64,000 nucleotides of DNA from the NCBI GenBank assembly GCA_050633305.1, contig JBOEGF010000023.1:32001-96000 (forward strand), in the 5' to 3' direction. Each line of letters starts with the position of its first letter. The first letter of the stretch is position 1. The stretch is from Nannocystales bacterium (GTDB lineage: Bacteria; Myxococcota_A; Polyangia; Nannocystales; Nannocystaceae). The notes beneath the pieces are model-generated. The model saw only the letters and a list, made by a program, of their open reading frames with translations. It made no database searches and had not been told where the DNA came from. A program made the translations under genes and the position numbers. Below are positions 1 through 9,582 of this stretch, piece after piece.

Positions 1-513
1 CTGCAACACGCCCGTGTACGACTCTGCCAAATAGCGGTTGAGTAGGTGTGGGGGATACTCCATGCGCACCACGAAATGGCCTCCAGCATCGGCCACCGTC
101 AACGACGTCCCACGATGGAAGCGATTCCAACGCTGGGACGCACTTCGGATCATCCGCGCGGGCCGCAGCAGCGTCAGAATGATGCTGTAGAGCCGACTCT
201 GAGTCATATCGAGGACGATCTGCCGCCACAACGCTTGGCACTGTGTCGCGGACAACGAAGCCTGGTCCGCGATGGCCAGGTTTAGGCCGAGATACTCCGT
301 CTCCGGGATCCACTGTGTCGGAAGCGGAGGGCGTTCCAGTAGCTCCGCAAGTCGCGGAGGCAACGCCGCAGCCTCTCCAACGAAAGGACGGCGCTTGAGA
401 ACGAACGGCAGCATCGCTGCCTTCGCGGTGCAATCCGGATACGACGCCAAGCCGTCGGGCAACCCGTCCAGGTATGCCGCGAGCAACGGAAAACGTGCGC
501 GATCGAACTGCAA
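1..513 (-). CDS. Myxobacterial hypothetical protein (possibly DUF2378/V4R-like), 3' end outside window
   Basis: Not in the ORF track because it runs off the edge. Manual translation from TTG at 513 (GGGGAGG RBS upstream) is open to base 1: MQFDRARFPLLAAYLDGLPDGLASYPDCTAK...QWIPETEY...RWNRFHRGTSL...EYPPHL. Confidence 0.65.
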   Translation of the reverse strand, partial: MQFDRARFPLLAAYLDGLPDGLASYPDCTAKAAMLPFVLKRRPFVGEAAALPPRLAELLERPPLPTQWIPETEYLGLNLAIADQASLSATQCQALWRQIVLDMTQSRLYSIILTLLRPARMIRSASQRWNRFHRGTSLTVADAGGHFVVRMEYPPHLLNRYLAESYTGVLQ

Positions 514-599
514 GAGGGCCTCCCCTGTCGCTTCAGGCTAGCACATCGACATGGTCTCGCCGATGTGGCCCGTGGGCGGCCAGGGCATCCGAGCCCCCC

Positions 600-1823
600 C
601 TACGCCGCCACCCGGACCGCTCGCGCCCGGAGTTCATCCAACCGGCCAACCCCATCGCCGGCCTGCCGCAGCTTCTGTTTCCAGCCCTCGTCGAGCGGCT
701 GGCCCTGCACCATTTTGTGGAAACGCAGCATCACCATGGTGGTCAGCGTTGGCTGCACGAACGACTCTCTCACCGTGCGCACGATGAGCAGCGCGATCAC
801 GGTACCGAGCACCAACGCGGCCGCGAGCGCGATGAGGAAAGGCCCCGGGGCGCCCTTGATCACGCTCCCAGGATTGGAGGCGAGCGCCGCGAGTTCTCCC
901 CCCTGGGCGGCGAACGCAGCGGAGAAGACCCCGGCAATCGAGCCCAGCCCCGCGCCCAACCACAGCGGCAGCAGCATCAGTTTCTCGAGCACGAGTACCC
1001 CCACCGCTGCTCGAAGCATCTTCGTGCCATTCTGGGCGCAGTAGGTCAGGCCGTCGATCGCAGGCGCAGAGAAGTCCCGATCCCCGCGAGCCAATCCATA
1101 CGACAGCACCACTGCATCGAGATAACGACTGGCACCGCGGACAAGCGCAGAGATGCCCCGCTTGATGAACGAGATGTCGATGGGCAACAAGTCGTCGACG
1201 AAGTTGAGGGTCTTGGTGAGCTGTCGCAGCGTCCGGTTGACCGAGCGGTAGACATCCCAGATCGAGGTGAGGTCCTGGAGCCGTGTCGCGACCAACTGCT
1301 TGGCATACGCGAGCTGGCCTTGCCGGCCATCGCCAATCGTTCCACGTGTCACCAACTCGGTGAGGATAGCGATATGGGCACACTTCGCACCGAACGTCTT
1401 GCGTTCCACGAACGGTGTCCAGAACACGAAGATCGGGATGAGCCCACCGAACATCACAATCGCCCCCACCCAGTTGTTGACCACAACCGCAAGGGTGCCC
1501 CCGGTCGCCAGCGACGCCACCACCATCCCCACGGTGATCGCGGTGAACAAGCTCCAGTGCGCAAACCTGAACAGCGCGTAGGGAAGGACCTTCAACGACA
1601 AGCCCACCGCCGCGAAGAAACCCGCGGACTGTGCGGACACCGGGTACCCATGGGGACATCCAGCCGTTGGCGTACCGCCCCCGTGTTGGCTGGCAGCGGG
1701 CGGCAAAGGGGGGTGACCGGGGTGGCCCTGCTGGACCGGAAGGGGCGCGTGATGACCCGGCTGTCGTGGTGGGTATCCGGGGTGCTGCGCGACATCGCGC
1801 GGTGGGTGTGCGTGCATGTTCAT
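600..1823 (-). CDS. Multi-pass membrane protein with Pro/His/Gln-rich N-terminus
   Basis: 407-aa ORF with several hydrophobic segments and GC3-biased codons. Confidence 0.75.
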   Translation of the reverse strand: MNMHAHPPRDVAQHPGYPPRQPGHHAPLPVQQGHPGHPPLPPAASQHGGGTPTAGCPHGYPVSAQSAGFFAAVGLSLKVLPYALFRFAHWSLFTAITVGMVVASLATGGTLAVVVNNWVGAIVMFGGLIPIFVFWTPFVERKTFGAKCAHIAILTELVTRGTIGDGRQGQLAYAKQLVATRLQDLTSIWDVYRSVNRTLRQLTKTLNFVDDLLPIDISFIKRGISALVRGASRYLDAVVLSYGLARGDRDFSAPAIDGLTYCAQNGTKMLRAAVGVLVLEKLMLLPLWLGAGLGSIAGVFSAAFAAQGGELAALASNPGSVIKGAPGPFLIALAAALVLGTVIALLIVRTVRESFVQPTLTTMVMLRFHKMVQGQPLDEGWKQKLRQAGDGVGRLDELRARAVRVAA

Positions 1824-1961
1824 GGCCTCGCGCTGATAGAGCCGGTCCGCGACGTTTGTGACGCGACTTATCCGAGCTTGGCCCTGGGCCTGTGCGCACT
1901 GAGATCTGTGCTGTCGAAACCGATGCTTGCCTGACCTCGTAGATCGGTGAGGGCTGAGAGC

Positions 1962-3782
1962 CTACTCGCAGAGGTCCGAGGCCGGAGGCGGCAGCGGGCT
2001 GAAGACGAACGGGTGCTGCGGGATTGCACAGGTCGACCCACCGTTGTATTTCGAGAGCGTGCTGACCGGCGTGGTCACCGCGAACTGATAGGTCGCGCCG
2101 ACGCGGGTGATCGTCGCGTCGCCGTTGGTGCCGACCGAGCCGTCCCAGTCATCGACGCAGAATGCCTCGTTCGCGGGAAGGGTGAATGTGACGGGGTTTC
2201 CGCTACCGTCGACACAAGTGGTGGACGTACCGGGAATGCGGACCGCCACAGTGAACGACTGTGACGGACGAACACACAGTACGTTGTCGAACGCGGTGAC
2301 CGCCGCGTCCATCGCGGTGCTGTTCGAGTCGATGACCGTGTAGGTCCCGTCGCGAGACAGCGGGTCACGGCGGTGTGCCTTGGTGATGGTTACACTGCCC
2401 TCGTCCACCCCGATGCCGTCCCACAGAGGGGCACCAACGACCAGGTCGGTCCAGGGGTGTGCATTGACGTCTTGGGTGAACCCACCGGCGAGGGCGGCCC
2501 CGAATCGTGCGAGCGGTTGCACTCCAGCGAAGTCCTCGAGAGTTTCCAGTACGCGGGGCATGCCCCCGCCGTTGCGTTCGACTCCGCTGCCGTCGACGTT
2601 GAATACCTGCACGCGCCCCCGCCCGCCGTCGAAGTCCGGGGCACCGACTGCCACTTCGAGGTGCTGCGCTTCGGCGCTCGAGAACCCGCCAATGCTGTCG
2701 ATGGCGTTGAAGTTGCCGAGCGCCACCGTCTCTCCGAACCGGTCGCCCGCGCTCCCACCGATATTCTCGATGCACTCGACCCAGGTACGCCAAGCCCAGT
2801 GAATTCCGCTAGGGCCCACATCGACCAGGCAGGCGCTTCCTCCAGCAAACCCGTTCCAGCTGGCTTCGGGGGCCCCGACCAGCAGGCGATCTAGGAACGT
2901 GGGAGTCCCCCCGCGCTCGACCTCCAAGGAGGCGCCGAACTCGGCGCCCGGGATTGAAAAGGGTCCGGTGATGGACTTGAAGTTTCCGAACGAACCGCTG
3001 GCGGTGGCGGTCGTCGCCAGTGTGACGACGCCGAACGAGCCGGTGGTGGGCTGGCCCACCGCGATCTCGTCGAGGCCGTTTCCATCGAAGTCGCCGTAGC
3101 CGACCGCGGTCGGGGAGGCGAGGTCGATATCGGTGAGCGAAGTGAGGCTGAGGTCGAACAACTCCACGGCGCCGACGGAACCGGCGCTCGAGATGGCCGA
3201 GGTCCCCACGACGGCAAGCTCCCCCCGCTGTGCACTGAAATCCAAGTCGTTGCCGACCCCACCGGTGAGCGCGCTCGTTCCGGACCGGATCCGTGTCCAA
3301 CCATCCAGGTCACGGCCCCACAGCTCGACGACGCTTGGGAACTGCGGGTTGTCGCTCGGTGCGGTGATGAACAACTCCTCCCCGTCAAACCGATCACCGC
3401 TCGCGGGAATCACGTCGACCGCGAGCATGGCAGCGCCGAAGTTTCTCGTCGCGACGGCCGGCGTGAGCGTCCACGTTGCGCCAGCCGGAAGCCCATCGAC
3501 ATCGAGCTGTTCGATTGTGACGGCACCGGTCGTTCCGGCTCGAGGGGCACCGGATGCGACGAACTGCTGGGGACTGGGGCCCGCTTTCGCGGTCAGCAGC
3601 TCGACCGAGGTTCCACGTTCTCCGGCATAGACAGAGGGGCTGGTCGAGGCGACCTCGATCGGGACGCAGAGCGAGTCCGACGCCGCGACTGTCGTTGGCG
3701 TGATGGGACCTGGGGCGCTGCAGCCAATGGTGAAGAGGCCAACGAGTGCAGTGGTCGAGGGAGGAATCGTTTTTCGAAGCAT
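1962..3782 (-). CDS. FG-GAP (integrin-alpha-like beta-propeller) repeat lipoprotein
   Basis: Lipobox FTIGC after ATG 3782; repeats GDFDGNGLDEIAVGQP, FGASL..LLVGAP, FGETVALG..VAVGAP, FGAALAGG..DLVVGAP. Confidence 0.8.
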   Translation of the reverse strand: MLRKTIPPSTTALVGLFTIGCSAPGPITPTTVAASDSLCVPIEVASTSPSVYAGERGTSVELLTAKAGPSPQQFVASGAPRAGTTGAVTIEQLDVDGLPAGATWTLTPAVATRNFGAAMLAVDVIPASGDRFDGEELFITAPSDNPQFPSVVELWGRDLDGWTRIRSGTSALTGGVGNDLDFSAQRGELAVVGTSAISSAGSVGAVELFDLSLTSLTDIDLASPTAVGYGDFDGNGLDEIAVGQPTTGSFGVVTLATTATASGSFGNFKSITGPFSIPGAEFGASLEVERGGTPTFLDRLLVGAPEASWNGFAGGSACLVDVGPSGIHWAWRTWVECIENIGGSAGDRFGETVALGNFNAIDSIGGFSSAEAQHLEVAVGAPDFDGGRGRVQVFNVDGSGVERNGGGMPRVLETLEDFAGVQPLARFGAALAGGFTQDVNAHPWTDLVVGAPLWDGIGVDEGSVTITKAHRRDPLSRDGTYTVIDSNSTAMDAAVTAFDNVLCVRPSQSFTVAVRIPGTSTTCVDGSGNPVTFTLPANEAFCVDDWDGSVGTNGDATITRVGATYQFAVTTPVSTLSKYNGGSTCAIPQHPFVFSPLPPPASDLCE

Positions 3783-3915
3783 GGGCGTGTCCGGAGCCGT
3801 AGAGCCCGAACTCGCGCGTCGGTTTAAAAAAAACTGCGTGTCCTGGGATAGAACGCCCAACCCCGCAGAGTGCGCGGACCGGGACGCCCATGCCGGCGAG
3901 CCACAGCACCTCGCT

Positions 3916-4446
3916 CTACAACCCGGAGATCCAGTAGTAGCGCTTCGGCGGCCGGTCGGCGTATTGCCTCTTCGTCTCGCGCAGCAAGCCACCGTTCTTT
4001 TCGATGACGCGGTGAGACGCAGGGTTGTCGTCGTTGCACGTCAGGAGGACCTCGGTCAGCCCCAATCCCCGGGCCAACGGCAGCGCCTGACGCAGCATCT
4101 CCGTGGCGACCCCTCGGCCTCGAACCGAGGGCACCGTGTCGTATCCGATATGACCGCCCGAGATGCGCAGGGCGTCGTTCAGCTCGTGGTGAATCGCGAT
4201 GCGCCCGACAAACTGCGCGTCCATGATCGCCCACCAGTGCGTCTTCGGCACCCGCGTCTCGCCGGTGGGGTACGCGTCCGCGAGCTTGCTCTCGACGAAC
4301 CGATCGAAGTCGCGTCCTGCGGCGTCGAGGTCCGCGCCAAGCCACCACGGTAAGCCCTTGAGTCGAAACTCTGCAATCGCTCGCAAGAAGCTTTCACGCC
4401 ACGCGGTGGATGGCGGGACGAGCTGGAGTTGAGAGGGGAGGGACAC
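3916..4446 (-). CDS. GNAT family N-acetyltransferase
   Basis: GGHIGYDTVPSVRGRGVA acetyl-CoA motif; LLTCNDDNPASHRVIEKNGG. Confidence 0.9.
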   Translation of the reverse strand: MSLPSQLQLVPPSTAWRESFLRAIAEFRLKGLPWWLGADLDAAGRDFDRFVESKLADAYPTGETRVPKTHWWAIMDAQFVGRIAIHHELNDALRISGGHIGYDTVPSVRGRGVATEMLRQALPLARGLGLTEVLLTCNDDNPASHRVIEKNGGLLRETKRQYADRPPKRYYWISGL

Positions 4447-4455
4447 GACGGGCGC

Positions 4456-4941
4456 TCAAGGAGCGTCCATGAGTTCGACGCGTGTGTCGACCAGTTCCTC
4501 ATCGGCACGGAATCCGTAGTGGAGGACCCACTGAATCTCCACATCGGCAGCCTCGTCCGGCAACGCGAAGCGGACACCGACCCCCTCAGAGCACGCGAGC
4601 TCCGGATCGAGGAGCGTGTCCGTGTCATCGATACCGAGCCGGGTGCGTCCATCCACCATGATCGTCTCCACATACTCCTCATCCGGGGTCGTGAGCGTCG
4701 CCTCCACGGCCACGGATTGGGAGGACGTGACCCATGCGCCCAGCCGGACGTCGATCTCGACCTCGTCCGGAGCGGCCCGGCACAACTCCCCAACGAACCC
4801 GCGCTCCCGAGAGTCACTGCTGAGCGTCACGAGTGCGCCGTCCACCGCACCGAACGCGTGCCAGCCATCCTCGGCCGTGACGCCGCACCCTAGGGAGGTC
4901 AGAACAAGAAAGCCGATGAGAAGCGTGCGCATCGAGACCAT
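4456..4941 (-). CDS. Hypothetical acidic lipoprotein
   Basis: Signal MRTLLIGFLVLTSLGC (lipobox); ends 9 nt before the GNAT start. Confidence 0.7.
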   Translation of the reverse strand: MVSMRTLLIGFLVLTSLGCGVTAEDGWHAFGAVDGALVTLSSDSRERGFVGELCRAAPDEVEIDVRLGAWVTSSQSVAVEATLTTPDEEYVETIMVDGRTRLGIDDTDTLLDPELACSEGVGVRFALPDEAADVEIQWVLHYGFRADEELVDTRVELMDAP

Positions 4942-5006
4942 CAACGCCCCGACCCACCAGGCCTTACGAGCCGAAGACTGCCTGAGGTGACGTGGAGCAC
5001 GGACGC

Positions 5007-5117
5007 TCAATCCGCCTGGGTCCGAGGCCGCCGCAACACGTCATGGACCTGGACATGCTGCGCAGCGGTGAGGACGAACTCGACCGTGGTCGCCATGTCC
5101 TCGAGTGTGACGCTTGA
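5007..5117 (-). pseudogene. C-terminal remnant of a short-chain dehydrogenase (YdfG/DHRS11-like)
   Basis: Manual translation SVTLEDMATTVEFVLTAAQHVQVHDVLRRPRTQAD* resembles the SDR C-terminal pattern LxxEDIAxxVxxxLxxPxHVQxHDxxxRPxxQ; the rest of the gene is absent. Confidence 0.6.
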
Positions 5118-5119
5118 GC

Positions 5120-6139
5120 TCAACGAGACGTGCTCAAGCTCTGACGGAAGGCCGCAGGAGTTGTGCCAAACCACCGCCGAAACGAGCGGTGAAACGAGGC
5201 CTGATCGCGGTAGCCCAGCAGGAAGGCCACCTCCGCCTGCGTCACGTTCTCGTCGCCAAGCAAGCGGCGGGCTCGCTCTCGCCGAACTGCGGTGAGCAAC
5301 GCTCCAAAGGTCTCATCCTCCTCGGCAAGCCGACGCGCAAGGGTACGAACGCCCAGGCCAAGTCCTCGGGCGATTGCGTCTGCGGTCGGCGTCCCATCGG
5401 CCAGCTGATGCTCGAGTGCCGCACGAACCCGCGCGCTCCAACTCAGCGCCTCCGGGTCAGGCGAGGACTGCTGGAGCAGGTCGGCAAAGTACGCGGACAG
5501 CTCGGTGTCGTGCGATGCCATCGGCTGGATCATGAGCTCCACCGGACACACCAATGCTGCCTTCGCGTACCCGGTGAGAATGGGTGCGCCCGCGAATTCC
5601 TCCCAGGCCTTTCGTTCGGCCGTCGAAATCGACTCGCGACGAGAGTGCAAGGCAAGGATCGGAGCATCGTTCCCGATGAACCCGCGCAAGAGCTGAACGG
5701 CCACCAGCACCGTATAGTCCGACAACCGAACGGCCCCACTGCTGGCGGGACCAAAGCGCGTCTCTTCGAGGCGGACCGTGTTGCCGTCGACCATCGCGTC
5801 ATAACGAGCGGTCCGGTTGATGAGCGTCTGGTACCGACCGTGACGCATCAGCGCTTCCCCCAACGACGCCGCGGTCTTGCAGGCGAGGCCCACCACGCCC
5901 AGGCTCGCAGGCGTGTGCCGCCTGACCATGTCCAGGACGAGCGCGGCGAAGTTTGGCCGCGACGACATCCACGCCATATGCTCGTACGTCGAAGTACCCG
6001 AGACTGTGGCGCCGTCGCGCTCCAGCCATGCTCGCGTCCAGCCGAGCCGGGCCTGAATCTCAGTCGCGTCGACCCCGGCGGCCAACGACGCCTCGAACGC
6101 CGGACGCACGTTGCAGACATCAATGTCGAGATCGGCCAA
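5120..6139 (-). CDS. AraC family transcriptional regulator with N-terminal ligand-binding domain
   Basis: C-terminal double HTH (IARGLGLGVRTLARRL...EVAFLLGYRDQASFHRSFRRWFGTTP); start placed at TTG 6139 is uncertain. Confidence 0.88.
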   Translation of the reverse strand: MADLDIDVCNVRPAFEASLAAGVDATEIQARLGWTRAWLERDGATVSGTSTYEHMAWMSSRPNFAALVLDMVRRHTPASLGVVGLACKTAASLGEALMRHGRYQTLINRTARYDAMVDGNTVRLEETRFGPASSGAVRLSDYTVLVAVQLLRGFIGNDAPILALHSRRESISTAERKAWEEFAGAPILTGYAKAALVCPVELMIQPMASHDTELSAYFADLLQQSSPDPEALSWSARVRAALEHQLADGTPTADAIARGLGLGVRTLARRLAEEDETFGALLTAVRRERARRLLGDENVTQAEVAFLLGYRDQASFHRSFRRWFGTTPAAFRQSLSTSR

Positions 6140-6308
6140 TGGTTCGTCAGCTTCGGACAATGCGCCCAACCGGGTCAAGCCGACGGAGGGGATGGATTGC
6201 CGCGATCGTCGGAAGCAAAGGGAACCGCGCAGAGCGCGAACTCCCACGGCGAGCCGGCCTCGAACCCGACGTGTCGAGATCGGCCAACGGTTTGTCAGGC
6301 TCGACCAC
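6124..6308. promoter_or_regulatory. Two copies of a 37-bp imperfect direct repeat, putative AraC operators
   Basis: tgtcgagatcggccaatggttcgtcagcttcggacaa (6124-6160) vs tgtcgagatcggccaacggtttgtcaggctcgaccac (6272-6308), 30/37 identical. Confidence 0.65.
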
Positions 6309-6343
6309 TGTCGCCGGGCCGCCGGTGCTTCCACGCTGAGACC

Positions 6344-7063
6344 ATGCGTACGACACTCTTGGCCGTAGCCCTCGCCGCCGGTTGTTCGACGGCGTCCCCG
6401 ACGTCACCACGGCTCCCAGGCAGCGGGACGCGAATCTACGAAGGGAACGTATTCGGCACCGAAGAGGCGCCCATGTTTCGATACACCCGCGACAGCCGTG
6501 TCGACGGGGATTCGTGGACCTCCGTGCACACGAGCCACAACGCCCGAACCGGCCAGTTCGTCGTCGCCCAAGCGGCCGAACACGATGCCTCGTACACGCT
6601 TCATCGATACGTCGAAGACCACCAGCAAATTGGGATGCGCAGCGAGGTCGTCGCCCACGGCGCCAGCACCCTGACCTACACCACGCACGCGGGCAGTCGA
6701 GTGCGCCACAGAACCGAGCGACTTCGAGCACCTGCGGTGACCGGACCCACGCTCTTCGGTTTCGTCCGAACCCACTGGGAGCAGCTGCAGTCCGGCCAAC
6801 CGATGCCAGTGCAATTCGTCGTCGCCGAACGTCGACGAAGCTACGGTTTCAGCCTGAGGATGACCGAGAGCCTCAACGAGACCACGGTCGTCACGATGCG
6901 TGCCAACAGCCCTCTCCTCCGGCTCTCGGTCCCAACCATGCGGATGACCTTCGACTCCAACAGCCGCACGATCATCCGCTACGAGGGCCGGATCCCTCCG
7001 CGTTGGGAGGGTCGCTCCGTCGACGCGCGCGTCGAGTACGAACACGTCGCGCCGTACCGCTGA
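6344..7063 (+). CDS. Hypothetical beta-rich lipoprotein
   Basis: MRTTLLAVALAAGC lipobox; 3' part of the 5114..7063 ORF; divergent from the AraC gene. Confidence 0.8.
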   Translation: MRTTLLAVALAAGCSTASPTSPRLPGSGTRIYEGNVFGTEEAPMFRYTRDSRVDGDSWTSVHTSHNARTGQFVVAQAAEHDASYTLHRYVEDHQQIGMRSEVVAHGASTLTYTTHAGSRVRHRTERLRAPAVTGPTLFGFVRTHWEQLQSGQPMPVQFVVAERRRSYGFSLRMTESLNETTVVTMRANSPLLRLSVPTMRMTFDSNSRTIIRYEGRIPPRWEGRSVDARVEYEHVAPYR

Positions 7064-7080
7064 CCCGTCGAGAACTCGGG

Positions 7081-7101
7081 AGCCCGCGACGACCGCGGGC
7101 T
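7081..7101. terminator. GC-rich hairpin after lipoprotein gene
   Basis: agcccgcg-acgac-cgcgggct, 8-bp stem, no U-tract. Confidence 0.35.
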
Positions 7102-7185
7102 GGCTTCCGTGTCATGCTCCGGCATGGCTCTGGGTTCCCGCGTCAGGCAGTTCCCTGCGCTCCACCGTGGGATGGGAAGGGCATC

Positions 7186-8088
7186 GTGAGCGAGTCTCGA
7201 GACGACTTCGACCTCAACCTTCTGCGACACCTCGCTGCCCTGCTGGATGCGCGAGGTGTGTCGGCAGCCGCGGACGCCCTCGGACTCTCCCAACCGAGCC
7301 TCAGCCGATCGCTCGGCGTCCTCCGCCGGACATTCGGAGACCCCCTCTTGGTTCGGAGCGGGCGGTCGATGATCCCAACCCCTCGAGCCTTGGAGCTGCG
7401 CACCGAAGTCGAGCCGCTGCTGCGAAACATCGGGACCCTGGTCCAGCCCGCGCACTTCGACCCCGCCACGGCGCGACGGCGATTCTCTCTGGGGATGTCC
7501 GACCTGCTCGCTCCTCTCGTCTTGCCCCGGGTCGTCCGCGCGCTGGCCCACGACGTCCCGGGAATCGAGCTCTCCGTTCGGAGCACGCCGACGCCGACGG
7601 AAGATCTGCTCTCGGGACGGCTCGATATGGTCGCCGGCTCAACCCTGGACCACAGCGAGTTTCACCGGACTTCGCTGCGGATCCCCACGGGAACGTGGAA
7701 GGTCTTGCTTGGCCCCGAACATCCGAGTCACGGTGGACCTCTCACGAGACAGGCCTGGCTGGACTCCGACCACATTCAGATCGCGCCGGCAGGACGATAC
7801 GGCCGACCTGGAGCCGTCGACGACGTTGTGTCCGCCGCGGGGGCGACACGACGAATCGTGCTGGAACTCGGACACGTGACGGCGCTACCCACCGTCCTCT
7901 TGGACACGCCCTGGGTTTGCAGCCTCCCCACGGTGCTTGCGGAGTCCATCGCGCGCGACACCGAGCTACACGCTCTCGAGCATCCCTTTGCTGCCGAGCT
8001 GTCGGGCCCATCTCTTTGCCTCTCTTGGCACCAACGCCTCCACGCCGATCCTGGTCATCGGTGGCTACGAACGCAGCTGGTGCAGTAA
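7186..8088 (+). CDS. LysR family transcriptional regulator (NodD/DntR-like)
   Basis: FDLNLLRHLAALLDARGVSAAADALGLSQPSLSRSL; FDPATARRRF; WHQRLHADPGHRWLR. Confidence 0.92.
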   Translation: MSESRDDFDLNLLRHLAALLDARGVSAAADALGLSQPSLSRSLGVLRRTFGDPLLVRSGRSMIPTPRALELRTEVEPLLRNIGTLVQPAHFDPATARRRFSLGMSDLLAPLVLPRVVRALAHDVPGIELSVRSTPTPTEDLLSGRLDMVAGSTLDHSEFHRTSLRIPTGTWKVLLGPEHPSHGGPLTRQAWLDSDHIQIAPAGRYGRPGAVDDVVSAAGATRRIVLELGHVTALPTVLLDTPWVCSLPTVLAESIARDTELHALEHPFAAELSGPSLCLSWHQRLHADPGHRWLRTQLVQ

Positions 8089-8171
8089 CCCATACTCGCG
8101 ACGAATCCGGGTATTCGTCCAGAGGATGCGACATCGGTTGCGGCCGCCGCCGTGTTCTCTAGGGTAGGCGT

Positions 8172-8504
8172 ATGGCGGAAAACGAGCTGGGTCGCGATGC
8201 ACTCGAGGTCTTCAACGGAAAGAAGCTCTCCTATACGTACGAGAACGGTTGGGCGTTCACGAACGTCTTCGATGGCTCCACCCGAATCACAGAGGTCGAA
8301 GGTCGCGGGACATTGCGCGAGCGGGTTGCGATCCGGTACGTCGCTCCACAGACCTACTTCATCACCTGGACCGACGACGAGATGGGCCCCATCACGCAGG
8401 TGATCGACCTGCAGGCCCGGACCCTGATCGCTGCGGTCCCGGTCGACGGAAACATCGAAGTCTGGACAAGCACAGTCACCGCGTTCGAGGACGCGGGGGC
8501 GTGA
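8172..8504 (+). CDS. MoaF-like / phenolic acid decarboxylase-fold small protein
   Basis: GKKLSYTYENGW and VAPQTYFITWTD...VIDL patterns typical of the PAD/MoaF beta-barrel. Confidence 0.7.
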   Translation: MAENELGRDALEVFNGKKLSYTYENGWAFTNVFDGSTRITEVEGRGTLRERVAIRYVAPQTYFITWTDDEMGPITQVIDLQARTLIAAVPVDGNIEVWTSTVTAFEDAGA

Positions 8505-8628
8505 CCCGTTTCGAGCTCGGGATCGCAGTGGTCCTGGGGGGCTGCGCGGCAGCTCCTCAGGTTTGGACGGCCGAGATCACGGCGTTCGAGTCGCAGCCCC
8601 GTCGCCGTGGTCGTCCACTTCGTGGCGG
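8501..8628 (+). pseudogene. Internally deleted lipoprotein paralog of the upstream MoaF-like gene
   Basis: GTGA overlap with the upstream stop; VTRFELGIAVVLGGC signal joined almost directly to QVWTAEITAFES, matching the upstream C-terminus EVWTSTVTAFED. Confidence 0.5.
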
Positions 8629-9582
8629 TCAGATCCGATCGACGAACCGCGCAATGGCCTTGGCGATCGCATCGGGGTGGTCCTCGGGCAAAAAGTGGAC
8701 TCCACGACCAAGCGAGACCGACTCCAGGTTGGTAAACGTCCGCTCCGCCTGCCGTACGGCGGACGGGCTCGCAATCAGCCCGGGCTTAGCGTGAAGCAGC
8801 AGCTTGGGGATGTCCGTGTCCCGCAGCCACCCCGCGTAGCTGTCCATCATCCCAGCGATGTCCCACGGAGTCTCCGTGCGTCCGCGTACAGGCATGGCCG
8901 CGGGACCCATGGGCAACAGCACACGGGCTCGGATCGCGGGGTCTGAGAAGGCGGCCCGATACGTGTCGAGTTCGTCCTCGGAGAGTTCCCGACGAACGCC
9001 AATGTCCGGAAGCATCTTCTCGACCATCATGTTTTGGTCGACGATGAACTTCTTCGCGCGCCGCGGGTTCTTCATCATCCGGAACGTCATCTTCATGCGA
9101 AGCGGGAGGTGCTTCCACCACGAGCGCGCGTCGAGCATCGCAGCTTCGACCAGGACGATCCCCTTGACACGCTCGGGGTGACGAGCCGCCCAGTGAAGAC
9201 CAAGGACGGAACCCAAGTCGTTGACGACGAGCGTCACATCGTGAAGGTCCATGGCGTCCATGAACGCATCGAAGTTCGCCTGCTGACTGCGCGGGTCGTA
9301 CCCAACCTCGTCGCCCTGGTAGGAACTTCCGTACCCCAGCAGGTCCGGGACGATCACCCGCCCGTGCTCGGACACCTCATCGACGACGTTCCGCCACAGG
9401 TAGCCTTGGGTCGGGATTCCGTGAAGCAACAGAATCGGGTCTCCGGTGCCCGCCTCAACATACTGGACGGGGTGTCCCTCGACTTGGACCGTCTGCGCGG
9501 CGTGTTGGTAGCCGGGCCACGCCAGTTCCGCCTCCGCAGGAGCGGTTGCGAGAAGCACCAACGCGAGCGCTGCTGCGATCAT
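8629..9582 (-). CDS. Haloalkane dehalogenase-fold alpha/beta hydrolase with signal peptide
   Basis: PILLLHGIPTQGYLWRNV, VVNDLGS, GIVLVEA, IPKLLLHAKPG, GVHFLPEDHP; ATGA coupling to the upstream gene; MIAAALALVLLATAPAEA signal. Confidence 0.85.
   Translation of the reverse strand: MIAAALALVLLATAPAEAELAWPGYQHAAQTVQVEGHPVQYVEAGTGDPILLLHGIPTQGYLWRNVVDEVSEHGRVIVPDLLGYGSSYQGDEVGYDPRSQQANFDAFMDAMDLHDVTLVVNDLGSVLGLHWAARHPERVKGIVLVEAAMLDARSWWKHLPLRMKMTFRMMKNPRRAKKFIVDQNMMVEKMLPDIGVRRELSEDELDTYRAAFSDPAIRARVLLPMGPAAMPVRGRTETPWDIAGMMDSYAGWLRDTDIPKLLLHAKPGLIASPSAVRQAERTFTNLESVSLGRGVHFLPEDHPDAIAKAIARFVDRI

Noticed and set aside
474..1934. Long antisense and alternative-frame ORFs (also 11362-13242, 36610-38160, 49414-51069, 61292-62971)
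   Set aside because: Shadow ORFs expected in high-GC DNA opposite well-supported genes; no recognisable motifs
5114..6343. Apparent 649-aa ORF suggesting a large fusion protein
   Set aside because: The 5' part is antisense to the AraC gene; the real gene starts at the lipoprotein signal at 6344
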